DNA from: Candidatus Multivoradales bacterium
Lineage (GTDB): Bacteria; Acidobacteriota; Thermoanaerobaculia; Multivoradales; JAHEKO01
Direction of reading: 5' to 3'
DNA: 64,000 bases
NCBI GenBank assembly: GCA_965223155.1
Contig: CBDCVR010000014.1
Span: 736,001 to 800,000 of the forward strand
The notes under the pieces are model-generated. The model saw only the letters and a program-made list of their open reading frames with translations. It was not told where the DNA came from and did no database searches. Positions 1 through 9,018 of the stretch are shown here, in pieces. Position 1 is the first letter of the stretch, and every line of letters begins with the position of its first letter. The translations under genes were made by a program, and so were the position numbers.

Positions 1-217
1 CCAGCACGGTGTCCGGGTTGGGCGCCGTACTTTCGACCACGTGGATGCGCAGCTGGTACTCGAATCCCACCAGCCGCAGTACCAGCTCGACCGCGGCAAG
101 CGTGAGCGCGACCGCGGCGAGGGCGGCCAGGGCTTTGGTCCAGGGCGAGCGCTTCCGTTTCGCGGTCCTCTTGCGGGCCTTGCTCTTGCGCTGTTTCGCC
201 ACGGAACGACTCGACAT
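1..217 (-). CDS. 5' part of a membrane-anchored protein (possibly SGNH/GDSL hydrolase type), runs off the window edge
   Basis: Manual translation from ATG at 217: MSSRSVAKQRKSKARKRTAKRKRSPWTKALAALAAVALTLAAVELVLRLVGFEYQ..., i.e. basic N-terminus, TM helix and ExxLRL motif. Not in the ORF track. Confidence 0.6.
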   Translation of the reverse strand, partial: MSSRSVAKQRKSKARKRTAKRKRSPWTKALAALAAVALTLAAVELVLRLVGFEYQLRIHVVESTAPNPDTVL

Positions 218-266
218 CCTGCTTTCGAAAGCTCTCGAACGGAGCAAAGAGTATCAGTGCCTGCGG

Positions 267-272
267 TACTAT
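267..272 (+). promoter_or_regulatory. putative -10 element TACTAT, 6 nt before ATG 279 (possible leaderless transcript)
   Basis: cggTACTATttttcgATG; AT-rich patch in GC-rich DNA; no Shine-Dalgarno. Confidence 0.35.
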
Positions 273-278
273 TTTTCG

Positions 279-2009
279 ATGCTGGGCCGGCCGGTCAGGA
301 CTCATACGCAGCTGGCCTCCGCCTTCGTCGCAGCTTGCTGCTGGCTTTGCCCGGCTGGAGCCCAGACACCGGACGCGGCCGCCTCCGGCGGCACCGACCA
401 TGCCGCGCCGATTCGATTCCGGGAGGTCTCGGAGACCTGGGGACTCGACTTCCGCCACCACCACGGCGGCTCGGGTCGCCGATACATGGTCGAGACCATG
501 ATCGGTGGCCTCGTCGCCTTTGACTACGACGGCGACGGCGACCACGATCTCTTCTTCGTGGACGGCGCCGCCCTACCCGGCTACGACGGCGAGACTCCGA
601 TCTCGAAGCTCTTTCGCAACGACGGAGCCGCGGGCTTCGTCGACGTCACCGCCTCGGCCGGCCTCTCGACCGACGCCTACGGCAGCGGCGCGGTTACGGC
701 CGACGTTGACGGCGATCGCGATCTCGATCTCTATCTGACGGTTTTCGGCACGAATCTGTTCTTCGAGAATCTGGGAGACGGCACCTTCCGCGAACGCGGC
801 CGCGAGCTAGGCCTCGACGAAGCCAGCTTTGCCGCGGCCGGCGCGTTCGCGGACGCCGATCTGGACGGCGATCTGGATCTCTACCTGGCCAACTACGTTC
901 GGTTCACGATCGACGCTCACCGGCCCTGCACTAACGACATCGGCGTCGAGGGCTATTGCCGCGGCACCAACTATCCTTCGGCCCGCGACGTCTTCTTCCG
1001 CAATCACGAGGGCCGCTTTCAGGATGAGACCGCTGCGGCCGGCTTCACCACCGCCTACGCCCCCGGCCTCGGCGTGCTCTTCGCCGACTTCGACTTCGAC
1101 GGCGCTCCCGACGTCTACGTCGCCAACGACGGCGCCCCCAATTTTCTGTTCCGAAACATGGGAGACGGCACCTTTCTGGATGACTCCCTGCTTTCGGGCA
1201 CCGCGTTCAGCGGCACTGGGGCGCCCGAGGGTGGCATGGGCGTGGCCCTCGGCGACGTTGACGAAAACGGCCTCTTCGACATCCTGGTGACCAACTTCGA
1301 GCTCGAGACCAACGCCCTCTACACCACCGAGGGCGAGGCCCTCTACTCTGACCGGCGTTTCCGGCATGGCATTGCCGAGCCGTCCCTCCCCTACGTCGGG
1401 TTCGGGGTGGACTTCGGCGATCTCGACAACGACGGCGACCTGGATCTTCTGGTCGCCAACGGTCACGTCCTGGACAACCCTCAGGAGCTCCAGGGTCTCG
1501 GCGCGTTCGAGCAGCCCAACCAGGTCTACGCCAATCTGGGCAGCGGCCGCTTCCGGGCGGTGCCAGAGGCTGGCCTGGACGTCACGCGTGCCAGCCGCGG
1601 CCTGGTCACCGCCGATCTGGATGGCGACGGCGACCTGGACTTCGCCGTCAACAACTCCAACGATCGCGCCGAGGTCTACGAGAACCTGACCGAGGGCGGA
1701 AGCTGGCTGGCGGTGGATCTGGACAGCCTCCAGGGCCGGCATCTGGGTGTCGGCTCCCGGCTCGTCGCCAAACGCTCCGGCACCAGCTTCTTGCGCGTTG
1801 CTCTGGCTGGGAACTCGTACCTGTCCCAGAGCGCCGACACCGTCCACTTCGGACTGCCCCCGGAACCCGCCGCAAGCCCGGCGGCCGGGCCACCATCAGT
1901 CGATCTCGAGATCTCGTGGCCGACGGCTCCCCGCCAGTTGTTCCGCGAGCTGCCGGCCGACCGAAGGGTCCGGGTCTTCGCTTCGGTCCCGACGCGACCG
2001 GCCGGCTAG
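279..2009 (+). CDS. CRTAC1-family / ASPIC-UnbV FG-GAP repeat protein, secreted
   Basis: Repeated D-x-D-G-D-G-D-x-D-L Ca-binding FG-GAP motifs; GMGVALGD; C-terminal SYLSQS..VHFGL ASPIC/UnbV motif. Signal peptide follows ATG 279; the ORF-track start at 9 overlaps the divergent gene. Confidence 0.88.
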   Translation: MLGRPVRTHTQLASAFVAACCWLCPAGAQTPDAAASGGTDHAAPIRFREVSETWGLDFRHHHGGSGRRYMVETMIGGLVAFDYDGDGDHDLFFVDGAALPGYDGETPISKLFRNDGAAGFVDVTASAGLSTDAYGSGAVTADVDGDRDLDLYLTVFGTNLFFENLGDGTFRERGRELGLDEASFAAAGAFADADLDGDLDLYLANYVRFTIDAHRPCTNDIGVEGYCRGTNYPSARDVFFRNHEGRFQDETAAAGFTTAYAPGLGVLFADFDFDGAPDVYVANDGAPNFLFRNMGDGTFLDDSLLSGTAFSGTGAPEGGMGVALGDVDENGLFDILVTNFELETNALYTTEGEALYSDRRFRHGIAEPSLPYVGFGVDFGDLDNDGDLDLLVANGHVLDNPQELQGLGAFEQPNQVYANLGSGRFRAVPEAGLDVTRASRGLVTADLDGDGDLDFAVNNSNDRAEVYENLTEGGSWLAVDLDSLQGRHLGVGSRLVAKRSGTSFLRVALAGNSYLSQSADTVHFGLPPEPAASPAAGPPSVDLEISWPTAPRQLFRELPADRRVRVFASVPTRPAG

Positions 2010-3835
2010 CGGACCAGGACCACCGTCCTGCCCACCGGCAGGTCCAAGTAGCGCGCCACGCTCCGCCCCCGGTAGACCAGCTCGACGACGTCCACCTTGC
2101 GAGCAGCGCCCAGCCCGAAATGGGCCCGGAGAGCGCTCTGAGACAGATATCCCTCGCCACTCTGGACTTCGCGGATCTGCCGTTCCGGTACGCGGTCGCC
2201 GCCAACCGCCCGTCCCGGCGAGGTCGTCACCCGGAAGCGAACGCCGATGCCATGGTGTAGGTCGGCGCCGCGCACCGCCAGCTGGATCCAGGTCCCACGG
2301 CCGACCGACTCACTCGACTCCACCGGATCATTGCGGTAGAGCGACGGCCGATCGTTGATGTTGTTGACCACGACATCCACGTCGCCGTCCTCGTCGAAGT
2401 CCCCGAAAGCGGCTCCCCGGCTGGAGAAATCATTCTGGTCCGCCTCGAAGACGCTGTCGGTAACGTCCTCGAAACGGCCGCCCGCGGCCAGGTCCCGGTT
2501 CCAGAAGACCTGGTTCGGCTGCCGGTAGGTGGAGCCGATCGAGAACTCCTCGACATCCTCGTAGATGTGGCCGTTGGCCACGAAAAGATCCTCCCTGCCG
2601 TCATTGTCGAAATCCTGGAAGCCGGTGCTCCATGCCAGGTGCGGCAAGGACGGCCCGGCCAGGCCGACCGGATAGCTGGCGTCCTGGAACAACCCCGACC
2701 CGAAGTTCCGGTAGAAGGTGTTGTGATCCTGGGAGAAGTTCGTCACCAGCAGATCCAGGTCGCCGTCGTTGTCGGGATCTCCGGAGGTCACTCCCATTCC
2801 CGCCTGGGCCTCGGCCCGCCCGTTGACCGCGACTCCCGACAAGAGCGCGCTATCCACGAGTCCAGAGCCGCCCGTGCCCATTGCGCTCGTCGCGTCCGTG
2901 CCGCCAAGAAAGAGGACGTTCGACTCCGAATCGTTGGCGACGTAGACGTCTGGAATCCCGTCGTCATCGAGATCGTTGACCACCAGGGCCAGGCCGTAGC
3001 GCACCATCGGTGTCACGTCCGCAACCGGAACCTCGCCGAAGCTCCCCCGGGGCGCATCCAGGTTGCGGTACAGGCGGTCGCGCTCGGCGGTCAGGCCGAG
3101 TGGGCCGCAGAAAACGGTCTTGCCCAGATAGTTGCAGCCCGGCGGATCAGCTCGATGGGGCACTTCGGACTCCTCGAAGTCAACATAGTTGGCAACGTAG
3201 AGATCGAGCGCGCCGTCGCCGTCGAAGTCGGCAAAGGCGCAACTGGCGCTCCACTCCTCCGGCGCCTCCCCGGCCTCCTCACCCAGCGCCGTCCGTTCGA
3301 AGACCCCGGAGCCTGTGCCGCGGAAGAGGTAGTTGGGACCCAGAGCGGTCAGCAGGAAGTCTCCGAGGCCGTCCCCATCGAAGTCGCCGGCGCAGAGCCC
3401 CATGCCCCAGCCAAACGCTTCCAGCCCCGACTCCCGGGTGACGTCGACAAAGGTACCGCCGTCGTTCCGGTAGAGATGGAGCATCGGGTCGCCACCGGTC
3501 CCGAGCCGCTCCAGGGTCGAACCGTTGGTCAGCAGAACGTCCAGATCGCCATCCCCGTCGTAGTCGAGAAACGCGGCGCCGCTCCCGGTGGAGTCGACAA
3601 TGTAGTCCTTGGCGAGCTCGCCGGCGGTGTTGAGAGCGCCGACCCCCGCCTCGCCAGCTACCTCCACCAGCCGGAAGCCCGGTTTCGGGCCCGGTCCTTC
3701 GCCCGCGCGCACCGATCCGGCAACCGTGGCAAGCACCACGAGGCCCAAGAACCACCAGAGGCCCTGGCCCGCAAGGTCCGGCAAACCTGGACTGCGCTCC
3801 GGACGCCGGGCTGGCGGCGCCGTCGAACTCTGCAC
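2006..3835 (-). CDS. CRTAC1-family / ASPIC-UnbV FG-GAP repeat protein, secreted
   Basis: FG-GAP repeats, AGMGV, GYLSQSALRAHFGLG. Start uncertain (GTG 3835, ahead of hydrophobic LWWFLGLVVLATVAG). The ORF-track extension to 4420 is antisense to the TPR gene. Confidence 0.85.
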   Translation of the reverse strand: MQSSTAPPARRPERSPGLPDLAGQGLWWFLGLVVLATVAGSVRAGEGPGPKPGFRLVEVAGEAGVGALNTAGELAKDYIVDSTGSGAAFLDYDGDGDLDVLLTNGSTLERLGTGGDPMLHLYRNDGGTFVDVTRESGLEAFGWGMGLCAGDFDGDGLGDFLLTALGPNYLFRGTGSGVFERTALGEEAGEAPEEWSASCAFADFDGDGALDLYVANYVDFEESEVPHRADPPGCNYLGKTVFCGPLGLTAERDRLYRNLDAPRGSFGEVPVADVTPMVRYGLALVVNDLDDDGIPDVYVANDSESNVLFLGGTDATSAMGTGGSGLVDSALLSGVAVNGRAEAQAGMGVTSGDPDNDGDLDLLVTNFSQDHNTFYRNFGSGLFQDASYPVGLAGPSLPHLAWSTGFQDFDNDGREDLFVANGHIYEDVEEFSIGSTYRQPNQVFWNRDLAAGGRFEDVTDSVFEADQNDFSSRGAAFGDFDEDGDVDVVVNNINDRPSLYRNDPVESSESVGRGTWIQLAVRGADLHHGIGVRFRVTTSPGRAVGGDRVPERQIREVQSGEGYLSQSALRAHFGLGAARKVDVVELVYRGRSVARYLDLPVGRTVVLVR

Positions 3836-3928
3836 GGCCGGGATTGTGCCACAGCAGATTCCTGGCTTGCCTCTTGCAGCCGATTCCCTTCGGCCGGCCG
3901 GCCCGCGAGTCCGGCTGCCGCAGGAAGC

Positions 3929-3934
3929 TACAAT
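3929..3934 (+). promoter_or_regulatory. putative -10 element TACAAT for the TPR gene
   Basis: Near-consensus -10 in the divergent intergenic region, ~42 nt upstream of ATG 3977. Confidence 0.35.
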
Positions 3935-3976
3935 GCGCGGGCGGCATCCGCCACTCGCCCGCCGAGGAACCCTCCA

Positions 3977-5671
3977 ATGCATCGAAGTCACCGCACCGTC
4001 TCGACGACTGGCCTGGCCCTGATGGCCCTGATGGCTCTGATGGCTCTGATGGCTCTGATCACCCCGCTCGCATGGTTCGCCCAGCCCGCGGCCGCCCAGC
4101 CGCTCGCCGAGCCGATGAGTGATGAGCGGGCGCGCAAGGTCGAGCGCGCCGTCGAGTTGGCGCAGCAGGGTCAGATCGACGCGGCCCGCGAGATCCTGAA
4201 CGGCATCGACACAAACTCCCTCGACGCGCCGGGGCAAGCCCTCATCGGCGCGATCTACGCCCAGATCGGTCCCCCGGCCCGAGCTCTCGAGCTCCTGGCG
4301 CCTCTCGCCGACGCCGCCGACGCCAACCCGGCGGTTCTCTACAACGCCGGGCGCGCGGCCTTCACCATGGGCCAGTTCGCCAGAGCGGAACGGTACTGGC
4401 AGCGGAGCGTAGACGTTCAACCCAACACTCCGGCTTCCCGGGAACTGGCCTTGCTCCGCGCACGGGACGGACGCTGCGATGCGGCCTATCCGGATCTGGT
4501 CTCCTGGCTGCGCGGCGGCGGCGACGAGCCGGAGGTCAAGCTAGTGTCCGCCCTGTGCGCCGTCCAGATGGAACGGCCTCCCGATGCCGAGGAGTTTCTA
4601 GCCGATCTTCCTCAGGAAGATCCTCGCGTCCAGTTGCTCCAGGGCAAGCTCCGCCTGCTGCGCTCCGATCCCGACGGCGCCATCGAGATCCTGGAAAAGG
4701 TCTTCCAGAACCATCCGCCGGCCATGGACTTGGACGTCCGACGCACCCTGGCCGACGTCTACTCGGCCACCGGCCGAGCCTCCCAGGCCGTCGACCTCCT
4801 GCTGGGCCAGGTCGAAGGGCGCCCGGACGCCGTCCTGCAGCTCGGGCTCGCTCAGTATCAGAGCGGCGACCTGGACGGGGCGCTGGCTACCCTCGAGCCC
4901 GCCGCGGCGGCGCTGCTGGCTCGCCTCCAGGCCGGTCAGCCCGCCGGCGAGTACCCCACGGCTCTCCTCATCGAATACGGCCGGTTCTTGGTGCTGGGCG
5001 GCCGCCATGCCGAAGCGCTTCCCTATCTCGAAACCGCTACCCAGGTGGTCCCGGACAGGAAGCAGGGCTGGCAGCAGCTAGGTCAAGCCCTGGCCGCGGT
5101 CGGTCGCCGGGACGAGGCGCGCGCCGCGCTCGACCAGTTCCAGAACATCGTCCAAAACGAGGTCCCTGGCTCGCTGCGCAACATCCGACTCAAGGGCGGC
5201 TTCGAGGATCCGGTCGATCGCGAGCTCCGCCGCGCGTACCTGCTGATGCTCCAGGATCAAGGCACCGAGGCACTCGAGATCGTGCAACGGGAAGCGCGGC
5301 TGGCCCCGAACGATCCCAGGCCCCGCTTGCTCGAGGCCCGCATCTACCTGGCGCTGGAGGACTTCGACGCCGCCGCGGCCACCGCCGACGCTCTCGTCTC
5401 CGGGCTTCCGGGCAACGCCGACGCCCTGTATATCCGCGGCACCACACGCATGGCGCGCCAAGACGTCGAGGGCGCCGAGAGCGACTTGCGTGGCGCTCTG
5501 GAGCTCCATCCGGAGCACACCGCCGCCCTCAATGATCTGGCCGTCCTGCTCATGGACACCGAGCGCGGCGAGGAAGCCCGCGGCCTCCTCGAACGAGCAC
5601 TCGAGATCCGTCCCGACGACGCTCTCGCGCGCGAAAACCTGGCCAAGCTCGACGCCGGCGGCTCGGGCTAG
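3977..5671 (+). CDS. secreted tetratricopeptide repeat (TPR) protein, full-length copy
   Basis: Signal peptide (…LMALITPLAWFAQPAAA) then many TPR-like helix pairs (ALELHPEHTAALNDLAVLL, ALEIRPDDALARENL). Confidence 0.85.
   Translation: MHRSHRTVSTTGLALMALMALMALMALITPLAWFAQPAAAQPLAEPMSDERARKVERAVELAQQGQIDAAREILNGIDTNSLDAPGQALIGAIYAQIGPPARALELLAPLADAADANPAVLYNAGRAAFTMGQFARAERYWQRSVDVQPNTPASRELALLRARDGRCDAAYPDLVSWLRGGGDEPEVKLVSALCAVQMERPPDAEEFLADLPQEDPRVQLLQGKLRLLRSDPDGAIEILEKVFQNHPPAMDLDVRRTLADVYSATGRASQAVDLLLGQVEGRPDAVLQLGLAQYQSGDLDGALATLEPAAAALLARLQAGQPAGEYPTALLIEYGRFLVLGGRHAEALPYLETATQVVPDRKQGWQQLGQALAAVGRRDEARAALDQFQNIVQNEVPGSLRNIRLKGGFEDPVDRELRRAYLLMLQDQGTEALEIVQREARLAPNDPRPRLLEARIYLALEDFDAAAATADALVSGLPGNADALYIRGTTRMARQDVEGAESDLRGALELHPEHTAALNDLAVLLMDTERGEEARGLLERALEIRPDDALARENLAKLDAGGSG
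4016..4060 (+). repeat. in-frame 9-bp tandem repeat (GCYCTGATG)x5 encoding ALM repeats in the signal peptide
   Basis: gccctgatg gccctgatg gctctgatg gctctgatg gctctgatc. Confidence 0.9.
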
Positions 5672-8600
5672 GGCAGCGGGGCTTCGAGTTCGATCCAGTT
5701 GATCTCGGCGCGCCGGTTGTTCTCGTTCCAGAGCTCATTGAACTTAACGATCCGAACGCGCACGTCCGAGTAGTCAGTCAAGCCCGAGGCCACCGAGGCC
5801 GGGATCGCAACCCGCATCGTCGATTCCTGGAAGTAGAGATCGCGGCCCCAGTACTTGAGGGTCGTGCCGCCCTGGAGCAGCACGATCCGAATCCGGACCG
5901 GCTCGTTATCGAGCGCCCGGCCGCGGACCCGAAGGACATGGCCTTCGTCGGTCCCGGGATCCGTCATCGAGGCCATCGCAAGGGTGAATGAGTCCGAGGT
6001 GCCGGCCGAGACCGAGGAGGTGACGACGTTCGTCAGATCATCGACCTGCTCGTGAACGGGTGTCGGCGAGAAGGAGTTGGTCGCGGTCGTACCGACAGCG
6101 GCCACCCGCTGGACGGGAGCGGAAACCTCGGGGACTCGAAACTCGACCTCAAACAGCTCGGCCCGACGATCCGAGTTGTTGCCCGTGATCTCATGGAACT
6201 TGACCACCTTAATCTGAACGTCGCCGTAGTCTTCGAGATTCGTGGCGGCTTCGGGAGGTATGGCGACTACCGCGACCGACTCCTCGAAGCCGAACTCGAG
6301 GTTTTGGTAGGTCAGCGAGGTGCTTCCCCGCATCAGGTGCACGCGCAAGGTCACCGGGGCGTTGTCGAGTGCCCGGGCCCGGACGTGGATCTCGTGCCCG
6401 AGATCGGTGTCAGGATCGCCCATCGGAGCCATCCGAACCGTCAGAGCATCGCTCATACTGGTACCAGCCGTCATGCGGGAGGTCACGAAGTTGGTGGGAT
6501 CGTCGAGCTGATCATGGACCGGCTCCGAAGAAGTCCAGTTCGAGCTCACCGTGGCGACCGGATAGGCGCGCCAGGCCTCGAACGTGAGGGCCGCCGGATC
6601 CGACAGGGCTTGTCCGTAGTCGCTCGAGGCCAGGCACCGGTAGGTGCCCGCGCTCGAGGCGTCGACGTTCCGAATCGTAAGCTGGGTAGTCGCGGCGCCT
6701 TCGATGCTGGCATCATCGGCCAGATCCGCGCCGTCTTTCTGCCAAAGATACGAGAGGGTGCCATCGCCCGTCGCCGCGCACGAGAAGCTCGCCTCTCCGC
6801 CGGCGATCGCCGTCGCCGGGGCCGGCTGGCTCGTCACCTGCGGCGGGTTTCCGATAACGAGACTCGCCGAGGCCGACACGGCCTCGCCAAAGCCGTTCGC
6901 CACCCGGCAGGCATACCCGCCGGCATCGGACGCGACCAGACTCGAAACCGTCACGCTTGGAGTCGCTGAGCCCGTCACTCGGGCTCCATCCACGAGCTCG
7001 ACACCGTTTCGGAGCCACTCGTAGCTGAGTGGCTCCGTGCCCGAGGCCGAGCAAGAAAAGGTGGCGCTCGTGCCGACAAGGGTCGAGACGCTTGCGGGAC
7101 TTGTGGTGACTATTGGCGCTGACCCGACCGAGACCAAGGCCTGAGCCGAGATCGCCTCGCCCCAGTCGTTGGCGACGCGGCAGCTGTACTGTCCGGAATC
7201 GCTCCCAACTGCGTTGGAGATCGTCAAGGCTTGAGTCGAAGCGCCCGTGACACGGCCGCCGTCCACAATCGCCTGCCCGTCTTTGTGCCAGGAGTAGGCC
7301 AAAGGCTTCGTCCCGGCTGCGAGGCAGGACAACGAAACGGAGGAACCTTCGGACACGGCCTGAGGTGCCGGCCCTTCGGTCAGATGCGGCCGAACGGCGA
7401 CGGTAAGCTCTGCGGGAGCCGAGATAGCTTCGCCAAACTCGTTCGAGACCTTGCACGAATACACCCCGGCGTCGCCGCTGGAAACCGAGTCGATTGTCAG
7501 CACAGGGGTCTCGGCTCCCGGAATGCCCTCGTCGCACAGCGACACGCTGTCCCGCCACCAGCAGACGTAGGCGGGATGGTCGCTGTAGTAGTCACAGGTC
7601 AGCGAAACCGATTGCCCGGCCAGAACCGTTTGATCCACCGGCTGGTAGGTCAGCACCGGGGCATGCTCGTTGTCCGCCGGAGGTGCCGCGCCGTTGCACA
7701 GGACGGTGCGCTCGGTGCCTTCCGTGCCCATATTGGAGTTGAAGCCGGCAGACGAGTCGGCGTTGACACGGACTCGCGTGGGCTCGGCGGGGATTGCATA
7801 GGGAATGTCGACCGTTACGGTGCCGCCAGGAGGAACGGGACCGACGGCGCCGAGATCCGCCTCCACGAAAATGGGATCGTGGGTCGCGTTCCACACGCTG
7901 GCCCGAAGCTTGTAGCCCTCCTCGAGCGTCCATATGGACGTACCGTCGTTGAGGAAGGAAACCGTGAACGTGTAGTCGGTGCCGCATTCGAGTACCGGCG
8001 GCACCGGCCCAATTGAAATCTGCGCGGAATCCCTGCTAGCGACCTCCTGCGATTCGAGGAGCAGCGCCTCCCCGGAGTGCAAACTCAGGATGGCATTCGT
8101 GGCCAAGACAACGGTCCCGTCGCCGGCCCAGAAGAGAAACGCCGGCACCATAACCGCCCGATCGGCCGCGAGATCGATGACGTAGGTTGTATCTCGGTAG
8201 GCTTTGACACTTCCCCGGACCGCTATCTTGGAGTCGTCAACCCACCACCAGCCCCCCTCGTCCCAGAGCGGATAGAGGCGGCCGTCCTCGAAAACGGCCA
8301 GCGTCTCGACTAGATTCTCCCCCGTGGCCGCAGAAAAGACCCCACCGAAGCCCTCGAAAAGACCTGTCTCGAGGTAGTAGGTACCGTCCGGCGAAAGCCC
8401 GTCGAGATGAGGAGACAGATCCGTGGACGGACTCCAGACGCCGCCGCTGTCTCGTTCGAGACGCACATCAGACTCATAGAGGGGCCGGACCACCAGCGTC
8501 CCCCCAGACTCCCAGAGCACCTCATCGCCGCCATCCAGCATTGCTTCGACCACCCACCCATCGATCGTCACCACAGCGGTCTGGCGGTTGATGAATCCCT

Positions 8601-9018
8601 CTTCGGTGTAATCCCCCAGGACGAGCGCAAGGTGTCTCGAATCGGGCGCCCAGCTGTACTTGTAGACGCCGGTCATCGCAAACTGCTGGGTGCCTGTCTC
8701 CGAATCGAGGACTCTAAGATGGTCCAGACCCTCGACAAACGAAACGAACTGGCCGTCCGGTGAAATACCAGGACGCTTGATGCCGTCCTCGGTGCACCGC
8801 CAGAACACTTCGGGCGGCTCCCCTGGTCGTTGCTGATAAAGCACACTGCGCTCGAAGGCCGCATCTTCGGGGACGAGCTGTTGGGATACCTCGGTCGGAA
8901 TTGCGACTCCGAAGCCAACCACTGGGCTCCATTCTGAGGGCCAGGCCGACGCGCAACTGCCCAGGGCAATGAGGAAATAGGCGGCGTAACCTTGCCTTTG
9001 TCGGGAATTCTGCATCAT
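5668..9018 (-). CDS. gene B1: secreted protein, TolB/WD40-like beta-propeller + NBR1-Ig-like + 4 Ig (I-set-like) + duplicated C-terminal domain; putative cognate immunity/partner
   Basis: Signal peptide; ISPDGQFVSFV, WAPDSRHLAL and LSPDGTYY propeller motifs; four C..W..DxGxYxC Ig repeats; ATGA overlap with A1 stop. Confidence 0.8.
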   Translation of the reverse strand: MMQNSRQRQGYAAYFLIALGSCASAWPSEWSPVVGFGVAIPTEVSQQLVPEDAAFERSVLYQQRPGEPPEVFWRCTEDGIKRPGISPDGQFVSFVEGLDHLRVLDSETGTQQFAMTGVYKYSWAPDSRHLALVLGDYTEEGFINRQTAVVTIDGWVVEAMLDGGDEVLWESGGTLVVRPLYESDVRLERDSGGVWSPSTDLSPHLDGLSPDGTYYLETGLFEGFGGVFSAATGENLVETLAVFEDGRLYPLWDEGGWWWVDDSKIAVRGSVKAYRDTTYVIDLAADRAVMVPAFLFWAGDGTVVLATNAILSLHSGEALLLESQEVASRDSAQISIGPVPPVLECGTDYTFTVSFLNDGTSIWTLEEGYKLRASVWNATHDPIFVEADLGAVGPVPPGGTVTVDIPYAIPAEPTRVRVNADSSAGFNSNMGTEGTERTVLCNGAAPPADNEHAPVLTYQPVDQTVLAGQSVSLTCDYYSDHPAYVCWWRDSVSLCDEGIPGAETPVLTIDSVSSGDAGVYSCKVSNEFGEAISAPAELTVAVRPHLTEGPAPQAVSEGSSVSLSCLAAGTKPLAYSWHKDGQAIVDGGRVTGASTQALTISNAVGSDSGQYSCRVANDWGEAISAQALVSVGSAPIVTTSPASVSTLVGTSATFSCSASGTEPLSYEWLRNGVELVDGARVTGSATPSVTVSSLVASDAGGYACRVANGFGEAVSASASLVIGNPPQVTSQPAPATAIAGGEASFSCAATGDGTLSYLWQKDGADLADDASIEGAATTQLTIRNVDASSAGTYRCLASSDYGQALSDPAALTFEAWRAYPVATVSSNWTSSEPVHDQLDDPTNFVTSRMTAGTSMSDALTVRMAPMGDPDTDLGHEIHVRARALDNAPVTLRVHLMRGSTSLTYQNLEFGFEESVAVVAIPPEAATNLEDYGDVQIKVVKFHEITGNNSDRRAELFEVEFRVPEVSAPVQRVAAVGTTATNSFSPTPVHEQVDDLTNVVTSSVSAGTSDSFTLAMASMTDPGTDEGHVLRVRGRALDNEPVRIRIVLLQGGTTLKYWGRDLYFQESTMRVAIPASVASGLTDYSDVRVRIVKFNELWNENNRRAEINWIELEAPLP

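Noticed and set aside
2567-3976. ORF-track N-terminal extensions of the TPR gene (2567) and the CRTAC1 gene (4420), suggesting long overlapping genes
   Set aside because: These are antisense read-through typical of high-GC DNA. Signal peptides place the starts near 3977 and 3835.
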